DNA of 64,000 nucleotides from Patescibacteria group bacterium (GCA_036381415.1 DASVCV010000012.1:10717-74716); one strand, 5' to 3'; positions 41,077-51,317 are shown, counted from the first letter of the stretch. Made by a program: numbers and translations. The notes: a model not told the origin generated them from the letters alone.

Positions 41077-41979
41077 TTATCTAAGCTTAAACTTCCTCTT
41101 AAATTTGTTTATTACTCCACCTTCATTTTTTACTAGTGCGTCTGCTTGCCAGTAATTAACTTCAGATTGTGATTCATTAATAGCTCCAATTACTTCATGG
41201 ACGCTTATTTTCTTCTCTTCAAACTGTTCCTTCTGCCAAATCTTTAAATAGACAACCAATTCTGAAAATCCTTGTAATAGTGATAAAGATAATCCGTGTA
41301 GTCCATCTTTATATCCCTCACCTGCAAAATACCTGCTTACAAATTCAGCAGTTGGTTTAGATATTAAGTCCTTCCACTCAAATTTATAATCCTTTGCCTT
41401 AAGATCAGCCTGTACTGAAGTATATCTATTCATTCTTGATATATACTGTTCTATAGATTCATAGTGGTGATGAACTATTGCAAATTCCTCTTTATCACCT
41501 AAATCAATTCCTCTCCCCTCAGTAGTAGGCACCCCATGAATAATCTCATTCCAAAACACTTTTCCATTCTTAAAAAAGCGGATATTATAATCAGGCCACC
41601 ATCTAGCTCTTGTTACCCACTTTCCAAATACCACATTTTTCCTAGGAATCCTTACATAATCAGCTTCATTGTTATTAACAATCTCTTTAAGCCTCTCACT
41701 TAAGCTATGAGGAACCTCCTCATCAGGATCTAAAATTAAAAGCCAGTTGCCTTCTTCTGCTTTAGATATTCCAAAGTTCCTTACAGGCTCAACATAATTG
41801 ACTAAATCATGCTTAAAAACCCTAGCTCCATACTTTTTAGCAACAGCTGAAATTTTAGACTCCCCGCTCATATCAACAATTACAATTTCACCCACCAAAC
41901 CCTTAATTGAAGCTAAAGCCTGGGGTAAGTACTTTTCCTCTCCAGCTACAGTTGTAATAATGGCTGATACGTTTTTCAC
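41077..41979 (-). CDS. GT2, WaaE/LgtF-like beta-1,4-glucosyltransferase type
   Basis: WLLILDPDEEV, IPRKNVVFG, WWPDYNIRFF, GYKDGLHG. Confidence 0.88.
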   Translation of the reverse strand: MKNVSAIITTVAGEEKYLPQALASIKGLVGEIVIVDMSGESKISAVAKKYGARVFKHDLVNYVEPVRNFGISKAEEGNWLLILDPDEEVPHSLSERLKEIVNNNEADYVRIPRKNVVFGKWVTRARWWPDYNIRFFKNGKVFWNEIIHGVPTTEGRGIDLGDKEEFAIVHHHYESIEQYISRMNRYTSVQADLKAKDYKFEWKDLISKPTAEFVSRYFAGEGYKDGLHGLSLSLLQGFSELVVYLKIWQKEQFEEKKISVHEVIGAINESQSEVNYWQADALVKNEGGVINKFKRKFKLR

Positions 41980-41983
41980 TATA

Positions 41984-43735
41984 CTATTTTATCACTTTAT
42001 AGATGATCACCTCTGAATTTTCAAAAATATTGTCTAGTCCCAAACCTTTCTCATTTAGATTTATGTTTTGAGCCTTAACCAGATAAATATATGTAATATT
42101 ATTATTACTTAAAAACTTCACAGCTTCACCCCGGTCTAAAGTTTCAAAAAACTTCGCCACAACATCTCTTCTTTCTTTCCAATCAAATCCCATAATATCC
42201 AAATTCCCATCGCTTCCATCATCTTCCAAAAATACCTGCTTATTAGACAATGCGGCTACATAGCTTGTTGACGCATACAAATAGAGTGGCCTTGGAGGAT
42301 TATTTATTGCTCTATCTGCCGCCTCTTTATCAAATGGAAATGTCAGGACCACACCATCTTCTTGTTTTGAAAGAAAACTTAATGCCGATAGTTCATCTAT
42401 AGAAACCTTTGCCGGTGGACGACCAGGTATGTAGTTGTTAACCAAAGTCGACAGAGACGTAGGAACAGTAAAAAGCACAATCAAAACCGAAAGAAAAATA
42501 ACCAAACTTCTTCTATTTTTCTTGCTAAATAAATCTCCAATAAATATTCCACCCAAAACTCCTGCAAAAACTAAGGAATAATAAAAAAACTGTATGGTAT
42601 TCCAAGCTGTGGACTTTTGAAGAAATAAGGTTGGAATTGCTACTCCACCAAAAATAACAACTATAAAAAACACATCAAAAGAATCTAAGCTTTTCAGCCT
42701 TTTAACTATCTTGTTTGCCACATAAACGGACCCTAGCAACCTACTACTCATATTTCCAATCCAAAAAATTACAAAAGCAAACAGATAGGCCAGTATAAAT
42801 TTACTAAGGACACCTTGGCTTTTATAACTAGCCATAGCTTCAGCAAGTTTTGGCCAATTTAACCTGTCATAACTTGCAACCATAGACTCCAAAAACCAAA
42901 ACGGCTGAAATATAAAAGGAAAAGTAGAGTTTCTACTAAAAATAGCAAAAACAATTAAAGATACTGCTGTTGAACCTACAAACAACTTAATAAAGTTGGT
43001 TTTTTTCTCCCTAAACAATTCATACAATCCTGCCACAAAAAGCCCACCGAGTACCAATATCCCCGCATATGCCTTAATCTCAAATAGTGAACCAAATAAG
43101 AATATTCCAAACAAATAGTTTAAAAGCGTAAATTTAGTTTTGATTTTCCAAATCAAGATCAATCCTAAAAAAATAACAAGTACAGAAAGTGCAAGAGGCG
43201 GGTTTACTAGTGTTGAAACGGCCTGCTGTCCCCAAAAAGTAGATTCACCTCCAAAATTTTTATCTCTCAAAAAAGTTATTATCCACCCAAGATCTCCACC
43301 AAAGTAAACAAAAAAAATCGCCCAAAGCGCTTGCGCACTCCCTTTCCATTTTTTAACAAAAACATAAACAAACGCCCCTATCAGGATAGCCATAACTGGA
43401 GGGGCAATTTGAAAATAAAGTTGAAAAGCAGGGATACTAGTTAGTCTATGAACTACTGCAATCAATAAATCAAAACCAATATGATAATTTTGTATCATAT
43501 GTCCTGCAAATACAGGCATCTCCAAACTTCCTTTAGAAAGAGAATTAATTAAAGCCAAATGCCAAATTCCATCATGTCCGTTTGCTCCCCAAAATCCCAT
43601 CCCAAATGAATAAATTACTCCGCTTTTTACCATGGTAATACACCACGAAATAGATCCTAATACTATTAGAAGTAAGGCTTTTTTATCCTTTGCTAAACTA
43701 CCTTGAGAAAATTTCTTTAAAGCTCCTTTTAGCAT
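41984..43735 (-). CDS. Uncharacterised GT-C-like multi-TM protein
   Basis: First external loop GHDGIWHLAL...NYHIGFD, many TM segments, soluble C-terminal domain ending NITYIY...FENSEVIIYKV. Start uncertain. Confidence 0.65.
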   Translation of the reverse strand: MLKGALKKFSQGSLAKDKKALLLIVLGSISWCITMVKSGVIYSFGMGFWGANGHDGIWHLALINSLSKGSLEMPVFAGHMIQNYHIGFDLLIAVVHRLTSIPAFQLYFQIAPPVMAILIGAFVYVFVKKWKGSAQALWAIFFVYFGGDLGWIITFLRDKNFGGESTFWGQQAVSTLVNPPLALSVLVIFLGLILIWKIKTKFTLLNYLFGIFLFGSLFEIKAYAGILVLGGLFVAGLYELFREKKTNFIKLFVGSTAVSLIVFAIFSRNSTFPFIFQPFWFLESMVASYDRLNWPKLAEAMASYKSQGVLSKFILAYLFAFVIFWIGNMSSRLLGSVYVANKIVKRLKSLDSFDVFFIVVIFGGVAIPTLFLQKSTAWNTIQFFYYSLVFAGVLGGIFIGDLFSKKNRRSLVIFLSVLIVLFTVPTSLSTLVNNYIPGRPPAKVSIDELSALSFLSKQEDGVVLTFPFDKEAADRAINNPPRPLYLYASTSYVAALSNKQVFLEDDGSDGNLDIMGFDWKERRDVVAKFFETLDRGEAVKFLSNNNITYIYLVKAQNINLNEKGLGLDNIFENSEVIIYKVIK

Positions 43736-45188
43736 CTTCAATTAAAGAGGCGCCTATTATTGCAACCATCAATACTCCATATACAACAACTCCAACACTT
43801 GCCAAAATCCAAATGGAGTAGAAATTTACAGGAAGTGCTCCTCTTAAAATAATAAGAACAGTTCCCATAAGAAGTGTTGCAATACCTGGCTTGACTACAG
43901 CATCGTTAACTGAAAAGTTAACATATTTCTTTGCAATAAATATTGCTACAACCGAAGAAGCTCCAACCAAAGCATATCCTAATGCTGCTCCATCTACTCC
44001 ATATAACTTGGCTAGTACTGGAATGAAAACCCAAGTAAGAACTGTCCACATAATCATTAAATAAAATGTAATTCTGATTTTTCCAATAGCATTTAATAGA
44101 TTAGTAAGTTGGGTAGTAGCTGCTGCAAACATGAAATTGATAGAAACAAAAGTTAGTGGCACAAGTGCAGGAAGCCACTGATTATATCTTGGAATAACTT
44201 CTACTATTAATGGAGCAAGAATAACTAGTCCAACCAAACTTGGAAAAACAAGAAAACAGATAAAAAAGATAGATCTTGTCACACTTCGCTCTAAATGTCC
44301 CTTAGCATCCTGCATTCTAGAAAATGCTGGAAACGTAACTTTTGTAACTGTATCCATAAAAAATGTTAGTGGATATCTTGCAAACTTCTGAGCAGTACCT
44401 AAAAACCCAATACCAACAGGCCCCAATATTCCACCCAACACCAAAGTCATCCCGTCATCTTTTAAAGCAGCAAGCAGAGTATTTATTTGGTATGGAATTC
44501 CAAACTTAAATAACCCTGACAAAGTCTTTTTTGAAAATGCAATTCCAGGCTTCCAAGGTTGAAGTATATATATTGTTACTAATCCAACAACATCTCGAAT
44601 TATTACAGCAATAGTAAAACTTTTAATTCCATAACCCCTTATGGCCAAAAATACCAAGATCACATAATAAATTACTTGCTCAAGAATTTGTGGGAAAGTA
44701 AGTTTCACAAATTCCAGCTTTCTCTCCAAGAGTATTGACGGAATGCTTTTAAGTGAAGATAGTAAGAATGAAAAGGCCAAAGCATATAACAGAACTACCC
44801 CATCTTGGCTTAAATGATATTGCCTTGTAAAAAATGGACTAAGAAGAACTACTATTCCAATAATAGCTAAAACCAAAACCTGCTGGACAAAAAACGTTGT
44901 TCTTAAATCAGTCTCAGTTAATTTTTCTTTCTTTTGAATTAAAGCCGCAGCCAGCCCTATATCAGAAAAATAATTTAGGAAATTAATAACAGCATTCAGT
45001 ATAAAAAACACACCTAACTCAGTTGGGGCTAAATAGGCCCACATAAGACCTGAAGCTACAAATGCAACTACCTGTAGAAAAAAAGTTCTCCCAGTAAGAA
45101 CCACCACACCACGCACCGAGCGTGCTTTAACAGTCTCAAGAGTAATCTCACTAGTTGGGTCTAAATGCTCTCTTTCTAATTCATCCAC
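43698..45188 (-). CDS. Wzx/PST-family polysaccharide flippase
   Basis: FSDIGLAAALIQKK, LLERKLEF, LFKFGIPYQ, KVTFPAFSRMQ; about 12-14 TM segments. Confidence 0.9.
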   Translation of the reverse strand: MDELEREHLDPTSEITLETVKARSVRGVVVLTGRTFFLQVVAFVASGLMWAYLAPTELGVFFILNAVINFLNYFSDIGLAAALIQKKEKLTETDLRTTFFVQQVLVLAIIGIVVLLSPFFTRQYHLSQDGVVLLYALAFSFLLSSLKSIPSILLERKLEFVKLTFPQILEQVIYYVILVFLAIRGYGIKSFTIAVIIRDVVGLVTIYILQPWKPGIAFSKKTLSGLFKFGIPYQINTLLAALKDDGMTLVLGGILGPVGIGFLGTAQKFARYPLTFFMDTVTKVTFPAFSRMQDAKGHLERSVTRSIFFICFLVFPSLVGLVILAPLIVEVIPRYNQWLPALVPLTFVSINFMFAAATTQLTNLLNAIGKIRITFYLMIMWTVLTWVFIPVLAKLYGVDGAALGYALVGASSVVAIFIAKKYVNFSVNDAVVKPGIATLLMGTVLIILRGALPVNFYSIWILASVGVVVYGVLMVAIIGASLIEDAKRSFKEIFSR

Positions 45189-45194
45189 CCCTAA

Positions 45195-45203
45195 ATTGTA
45201 GCA
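45195..45203 (-). promoter_or_regulatory. Extended -10 promoter (TGnTACAAT), leaderless type
   Basis: Minus strand TGC-TACAAT, 6 nt, GTG start at 45188. Confidence 0.55.
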
Positions 45204-46718
45204 TTAAAATACCTTTACTGTGAGCTCAAAAACATCTTTATTTTTATATGCAGCCATTGGCACTCCACCCAAATCTTCATAATAAACCATTATGTTTTTC
45301 CCCTTATATAATAGATTAATTGCATCTTGTCCATTAAGAATAAAAAATGCCTGTTTTGAACTACTTCCCCACTCACTAGAAATAAAAGGATAGTCAGGAT
45401 CATTCCTTAGATAAAGAATTGAACCATAGGGTAATTCTGGATACTTTGCTTGTATTTGACTGATAATCTGCTTTGCATAATCTCCCCTGGTCTTTGCCCA
45501 ATAAGTAGATTGTGCAAGTTGTGATGTAGATAGTGAAAGGCAGATAAGACCAGCAACGAACAGCATAACTAAAATCAATCCAATCTTTGTTTTTTTCTTT
45601 AGTAAATCATATGCACTAAATACAATATAAAAAACCACTCCCCAAAAGGCAGGAAGTGAAACTGCAAGGTAATAAGCAGATTTGTGAAGGGGAAGTAAGG
45701 CTAAAGGTAAAATACTTGCAGGAAACCAAATAAGAAGTAAAAGAAAGTTTCTATTAGATAATAATTTTATTTTCTTTACTACTATATAAAAAATAGAAGT
45801 AGCAATTACTATAACTGAATAAAAAAATGTAGGAAATATTACTCTGTAATAGTTGCTCCAATATTTTAAAAGATTTGGATTTAGTTTTAAGCCAGACCCA
45901 ACAAAATCAATTAAGCTTTCAGGAAGTCCAACTGCCCACACAATATACCAAGAAAATGTATTTGCAATTGTCTTCAAATTAAAAACAGGATGGTACTGTA
46001 CTTCTCCCTCTGAAAATCCAATTACTTTTACTTCTAAATAAAGATAGATTAAAGAAAAACCAAGTGGAATCAAATATCCTCTTACTGATTTTAATATATT
46101 GTTTATATTAATTTTATCCCAACTACTTACATCCAAAAATAGAATCACAGGAATAAGTGCAATTGAAGTCTCATGACTAGCAAGTGCCAAAAAGAAAGTT
46201 AGAAAAGAAATTAATTTCCATTTTAGTATTCTTTTTTCTAAATATTTTAAATACAAAAGTACTGTTAGAAGTACAAAAAAAGTAGCTCCCAGTGCTTGTA
46301 CTCCTCCTGCAAGATAATAAAGAATACTCACATTAGCTCCGCTTATTCCAACCATCAAAGAAACTAAATAAGACAACGATTTTCTTTTAAATAGTTTGTT
46401 CATTAAAAGATATGTAAGTGCTATGTTTGAAAAAAGAAGTACAAACTGCAAAATCCTAAAAGGAAGTGCGTTTAGTCCAAACAAATTGTAAAAGTTTAAA
46501 TAGAGAAGCTCTCTAAATATTGGTCTATAAAAAGCAATTCCACGCTCGCTAAAAGGATGAAATCCAAATAAATAAACAAGTCCTTTACTTCCAGCTTCCT
46601 GTGCAACTCTAAAATGGAAAAAATCATCCCCGCTAAAGTAAGTAGTAAGAACAGGCAGATAAAAAAGAAGAGTAACTAAAAATATGGGAAGTAGTATTAA
46701 GAAAGTCTTCTTGTACAT
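45204..46718 (-). CDS. GT-C-like membrane glycosyltransferase (DD...YRP type, TMTC/GtrII-like)
   Basis: YFSGDDFFH, FYRPI, LASHE; multi-TM. Confidence 0.7.
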   Translation of the reverse strand: MYKKTFLILLPIFLVTLLFYLPVLTTYFSGDDFFHFRVAQEAGSKGLVYLFGFHPFSERGIAFYRPIFRELLYLNFYNLFGLNALPFRILQFVLLFSNIALTYLLMNKLFKRKSLSYLVSLMVGISGANVSILYYLAGGVQALGATFFVLLTVLLYLKYLEKRILKWKLISFLTFFLALASHETSIALIPVILFLDVSSWDKININNILKSVRGYLIPLGFSLIYLYLEVKVIGFSEGEVQYHPVFNLKTIANTFSWYIVWAVGLPESLIDFVGSGLKLNPNLLKYWSNYYRVIFPTFFYSVIVIATSIFYIVVKKIKLLSNRNFLLLLIWFPASILPLALLPLHKSAYYLAVSLPAFWGVVFYIVFSAYDLLKKKTKIGLILVMLFVAGLICLSLSTSQLAQSTYWAKTRGDYAKQIISQIQAKYPELPYGSILYLRNDPDYPFISSEWGSSSKQAFFILNGQDAINLLYKGKNIMVYYEDLGGVPMAAYKNKDVFELTVKVF

Positions 46719-49711
46719 TTGATATAAGAAATAACATTAGCCAAAGACAAAATCTTAATAAGCAAAAACCCATTATCTGTAAATGGCCTTCCTATTTCAT
46801 CAGAACTCCTTCTATAGAAAGCCCAGATTAGATTTAAAAATAAAGTTATATTTATAAGTACCAAGTAAACAGCCAGCTTTGGTTTAGTAAAAATAAGTAT
46901 AACTAAAGGAGCAAATGCTGCAAAGAAGTATCTCTCAAGCATTCCAGTCATAAATAGAAAACTTCCTAATCCAATCGTAAATATTCCTACAACAACTGAC
47001 AAAAGATTGTTCTTTTGTTTTGAAATCCACTTAAATGTAAACACATTTATAACAAGATAGAATAATAAGCCCCACAAGTTGGCTGGAATTAAAAAGTATC
47101 TTGAAAAATCAAAATCACGGTCAATTTTTGCAAAAATAGTCCAGAAATTAAATGCTGAGTTGGAAATTTTTTGTATTCCTTTTGACCCGGGTAAAATATT
47201 ATTAAAAATATATTTAGTACTAAAACCAAATAAATCCCCATTCGCAAAAGGATTTGTGGTTATATAAAAAATAACAACAGATATGACAAGGCCAACCAAT
47301 ATTTGTTTCCTACTCACCTTAAATCTCCAAAGCAAAAACAAAAACAAAGGTCCAAAAACAATCCAGGTTGGCTTTATATAGATACTAATAAATAAAAGGG
47401 GGATTGCAAGCCATGCTTTTTTTGATGCCAATAACACAAATGATCCTAATCCAAAAATAGCAATTACACTCTCAGTTTGTCCCCAAACTCCAGCAAGAAA
47501 TATTGTTACAGGATTTAAAAGATAAAAAGATGCGGCTAAAGCTGCTTTTTTAGAATCTTTTGTTAAATCTTTAACTACTTTAAAAATAAGGGCACCTAAT
47601 CCAACATCAGCTAGTATTACAGGAAGTTTTAAAAGTAAATTGTATCCACTCGAGTAGAAATCAATTATAAAAGAAGACGGGGGAATCTTAATTTTATTGT
47701 GTAACTGAGAAAGCACATACTTTGAGTCAAACATTTTACCCAAATATCCATACATTAAAGAAGATAGAGGGGGATAGGTTGGTCTTGAAAACTCCCAACT
47801 AGTATCCGTATAGAAATTCTTTGTACCTATCTTTTCAAACTTTGCTCCCCACTCTCCAACTGCATTTAAATCACCATTAATATTAAAATCTCCATAGGGA
47901 AGTAGACTATACCTAATAATCACTCCCAAAACTACTGCTCCTGCAAAAACTAATCTAACTGAAAATTTTAAGCTTTTTTTTTTACTCTTATTCTTACCCT
48001 TAAGTTTATTTTCTCTGATATTTCTAACAATTAATATCGCAAGTATTACCCAAGTAACAAGTGAAATTATATTCCCTAAGGTTCTTGGCAATGTATCATA
48101 TAGTCTTACATACACTTGATGCACCCCTTTTGGAACATTTACATATATTCTTCCCCATTTCTCTTCCTTTGCAGTCTTAACTTGTGCTTCAGTTCCATCT
48201 ATAAATACTCTCCAATTTGGAAACTGAAATATATTAATTCTAACTAATCCGTAATCAGTTACTACATTTGCATTAAATGTAGCCCAATTAGTACTTTCCT
48301 TTGGACTTGTAATTTCGCCTTTGCCATCTATAAACTCAGCCAAAATCCTCTGTGGACTATTTGGCGCCATTTCAGCAGTAATTGGAAGGTAATCATAAAT
48401 GCCAGCTGTCTGCTGTAAATCCCATGCAAGACCGCTAAACTTTTCATGATCAGTTAGAGGTCCTAAATGTCCATGTTCTGGTAGGAAATAATTCCAGTTC
48501 CAAACAATAAGTCCAACTGCCAAAATACCTGCAATATATATTCCTATTTTTTTAGGCAAAAGTGTAGGAAGTATTCCTGCCAAAAAAGAGAAGCAAAAAA
48601 TAACAATTGTTAAAAATCTCCAAGGGAACTGGACATAGTTTAAAGTCTTAAACATCTGCCAGATAGGCGTTGATTTTGAGTGGATCATAAAAGCCGCAAA
48701 CCAACCTCCAACAAACAAAAGTAAAACCATAAGTGTCACATCATCTATTTTTCTTTTCTTAAGTGTTCTTAAACCAACAATGGCAAGCACTACTAAAGAA
48801 AGTATCCAGTGAAGCTGTCCAATCTGGAATGGCATTCCATCATTTGGCCCCCAAATAGAAGGACCATATCCCCAGAAGCGTGAAGTCAAAATCTGCCCCA
48901 CAGTTGCAAAATGAGCAGTGTACTCATAATAACCCTGAATAAGGCTGTTAGCATGTGTATATTTCTGCTCAACTACTACAGGAATTGTAAAAAATGCCAC
49001 CAAACCAAATGCCAAAATTCCGCTAACTATAAGAGGAAGTATTTTTCTCCAACCATTTCTTCTAACAACCCAAAGTAAACACCAGAGAGAAAACAAAGGT
49101 GCAAATATCATAGCCATTAAATTGTGCGACGTAAGAAGTCCTGCCCAAGCAAGACCAAGACCCACAATCCATCCAAACCTCTTACCCTTTGCAGTTATAA
49201 GTTTATATGAAGTCCAAAAAATTAATGGAAACCAAGTTAGTGCCCATGCTTCATTCATAGCTCCCCTTACATAGATATCAACTGAATGGTATGGAGCCCA
49301 AACATAAAAAATAGCTGCAATAATTCCGCCATATTTGCCAAAAAATTCTTTTCCCAAAAAGTACATTGTCACACTTGATGTGACAAAAGCTAAAATAAAC
49401 ACAAGCTTTATAGTATCTACAAAAGATACTCCAAATAGTCTAATCGCCTCCCCTATTAAATAGGGAAGGGGTGGGTAAAAATTAAATAAAGGAAAACCAA
49501 ATCCATATCCCATATCAGGAACCCATCTGCATGGAATCTGAAGAGACAAAAAGCACTTCTCCATTTCAAGTTGCCTCATCATCTGAAGATCATCATGCAT
49601 GTTGAAATATCCAGATCCAATAAGTCCTTTGCCAGCTAATATCCCCACAAAGATAACGATAAGAAGCGGTACAAAACCAGGATTAGAAATAATTTTTCGA
49701 ATAAACTTCAT
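46697..49711 (-). CDS. Fusion of two GT-C domains (PTPS-related/YfhO-like + GT87/ALG6-like)
   Basis: N-half: MHDD, QIPCRWVPDMGYGFGFPLFNFYPPL, QFPWRFL. Lys-rich linker at aa~565-585. C-half: GDLN, TYPPL, LKLP..LAD, NP, WGQTE, SAFNFW, MLERY. Confidence 0.8.
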   Translation of the reverse strand: MKFIRKIISNPGFVPLLIVIFVGILAGKGLIGSGYFNMHDDLQMMRQLEMEKCFLSLQIPCRWVPDMGYGFGFPLFNFYPPLPYLIGEAIRLFGVSFVDTIKLVFILAFVTSSVTMYFLGKEFFGKYGGIIAAIFYVWAPYHSVDIYVRGAMNEAWALTWFPLIFWTSYKLITAKGKRFGWIVGLGLAWAGLLTSHNLMAMIFAPLFSLWCLLWVVRRNGWRKILPLIVSGILAFGLVAFFTIPVVVEQKYTHANSLIQGYYEYTAHFATVGQILTSRFWGYGPSIWGPNDGMPFQIGQLHWILSLVVLAIVGLRTLKKRKIDDVTLMVLLLFVGGWFAAFMIHSKSTPIWQMFKTLNYVQFPWRFLTIVIFCFSFLAGILPTLLPKKIGIYIAGILAVGLIVWNWNYFLPEHGHLGPLTDHEKFSGLAWDLQQTAGIYDYLPITAEMAPNSPQRILAEFIDGKGEITSPKESTNWATFNANVVTDYGLVRINIFQFPNWRVFIDGTEAQVKTAKEEKWGRIYVNVPKGVHQVYVRLYDTLPRTLGNIISLVTWVILAILIVRNIRENKLKGKNKSKKKSLKFSVRLVFAGAVVLGVIIRYSLLPYGDFNINGDLNAVGEWGAKFEKIGTKNFYTDTSWEFSRPTYPPLSSLMYGYLGKMFDSKYVLSQLHNKIKIPPSSFIIDFYSSGYNLLLKLPVILADVGLGALIFKVVKDLTKDSKKAALAASFYLLNPVTIFLAGVWGQTESVIAIFGLGSFVLLASKKAWLAIPLLFISIYIKPTWIVFGPLFLFLLWRFKVSRKQILVGLVISVVIFYITTNPFANGDLFGFSTKYIFNNILPGSKGIQKISNSAFNFWTIFAKIDRDFDFSRYFLIPANLWGLLFYLVINVFTFKWISKQKNNLLSVVVGIFTIGLGSFLFMTGMLERYFFAAFAPLVILIFTKPKLAVYLVLINITLFLNLIWAFYRRSSDEIGRPFTDNGFLLIKILSLANVISYIKCTRRLS
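47974..47983 (-). repeat. A10 homopolymer in the inter-domain linker of the double GT-C gene
   Basis: Coding strand AGT AAA AAA AAA AGC TTA A; ten consecutive T on the + strand. Confidence 0.85.
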
Positions 49712-49738
49712 GTTAATTATATTATCACGTTGAATGCT

Positions 49739-51316
49739 CTACTTCCCAGAGTCAACCAATTCAAATAAATAAAGTGTCTCTCTAGGCCCTAAGTTTTTAT
49801 ATTCCTTTGCATTTTTATCTAGTCTAAATGCTTTAGGATAAGCTGCTATTAACCTTAGTCCTTTTGACTCAGGATTTGTAAACTTCAATCTGTCATTATT
49901 AACAACCAAATAAGTAAAGTTTCCACTCCTTTTTGAATTAACTAAGTTTGAAGGAACTTTATCTAAATCAAGTCCCACTCCAACAACTGTAAGATTAGGA
50001 ATCTCATTTAAATAAATTTGAAGTCCATCAGGCAAAGTACCAAATAATCCTTCAGTCCCAACAACTATTCCTTTGCCAGGATTTTGAGAGTGAACTCCTT
50101 TTATATAATCACTCACCTCTTTAATCCCAGTCCCGCTTGTCCACTCTTCTAAATACCCACTTCTTTCACTAGAAGGAATTGGTGCTACCTCTATATTAGT
50201 TGCAAATAAGTAATCAATTCTTAATGAATTTATAACTAGGAATATAAAAACAATTGTAAGTATCTTTGTATAGATTTTGTTCCTTTCCAAAAAGGCACTA
50301 GCCAAAAGCATATAAAAAGGAGGAAGAGTATATAAAATATATCTAGCTGTAAAAACCTTTCCAAATTCGCTTGTTGCAAGAAGTGGAACTATAAACCAGG
50401 CAAAAATTAATACCACTTCCCATTTATGTTTCCTTACTGTTGTAAAAATTCCTGGAAAGAAAAAGAGTGTAAGAAGTCCTGGCCCCCAAGCCATAAACCA
50501 ATCAGTGAATACTTCTTTAAAGTGAAATGTAAATGGATCCCACCAGCCACTCCCAAACAAATGGCTTATTGGATAAACATAGTCCATATTCCTTATTGTT
50601 ATAAATTGAGAGTTAGGACCCAATCTTAAAATTCCATACATTCCATATCCAATAACATAGGTAACCAACAATAACCCAACTAAATGAAATACATGAGTTA
50701 GAACATCCATTCTCTTCTTTGGCCACTTTGAAACGACAAGCGTTAAAGGAAGCAGCACTGCAAAAAATAATGCTGGAGATTTAGTAAGAAGTGCTCCACC
50801 TAAACTAAACCCGGTTAGCATTGCCATATCCAATCTTTTTGTTTTGGCAGTAATAATTCCCAATAGTAGTGTCCACATACCAAACATAGTTAAAAGTGAA
50901 TCCACAAGTGCCATCCTGTCAAAAAAGAAAGAGAAAGGAACAATGGCTGTCATAAAAGAAGCTATTAAAGCCACCTTTTTTGATTTAAACAATGAATATG
51001 AAATTCCAAATGTTGCAGCAATTGTTCCAATTCCACTAAATACCGAAATAACTCTTCCCAAAAACAAAGGATCAAAACGTTTATTCATCAAAAACATAAG
51101 TATCCACATATAAAAGGGCTGTTTGCCGTCTGACAAAGGCAAAAACCTTAATGTATTATCAGCTGCCATTACTTGAGACCATCTTATGTAAATTGCTTCA
51201 TCTGCAAACACCGGCATGGAAGTTAAGTGGTATATCCTAATTAGAAATGCAAAAAGAAGTATTAAAAAAAGAATTATCCCTGTCTTTTTCCAATTAATCA
51301 AAAACTTTTTAACCAT
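49739..51316 (-). CDS. GT-C (PMT_2/ArnT-like) glycosyltransferase
   Basis: PVFADEAIYIRW, DGKQPFY, FFDRMALVDS, LLTK, ARY. ATG 51316 preferred. Confidence 0.85.
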   Translation of the reverse strand: MVKKFLINWKKTGIILFLILLFAFLIRIYHLTSMPVFADEAIYIRWSQVMAADNTLRFLPLSDGKQPFYMWILMFLMNKRFDPLFLGRVISVFSGIGTIAATFGISYSLFKSKKVALIASFMTAIVPFSFFFDRMALVDSLLTMFGMWTLLLGIITAKTKRLDMAMLTGFSLGGALLTKSPALFFAVLLPLTLVVSKWPKKRMDVLTHVFHLVGLLLVTYVIGYGMYGILRLGPNSQFITIRNMDYVYPISHLFGSGWWDPFTFHFKEVFTDWFMAWGPGLLTLFFFPGIFTTVRKHKWEVVLIFAWFIVPLLATSEFGKVFTARYILYTLPPFYMLLASAFLERNKIYTKILTIVFIFLVINSLRIDYLFATNIEVAPIPSSERSGYLEEWTSGTGIKEVSDYIKGVHSQNPGKGIVVGTEGLFGTLPDGLQIYLNEIPNLTVVGVGLDLDKVPSNLVNSKRSGNFTYLVVNNDRLKFTNPESKGLRLIAAYPKAFRLDKNAKEYKNLGPRETLYLFELVDSGK

Positions 51317-51317
51317 A

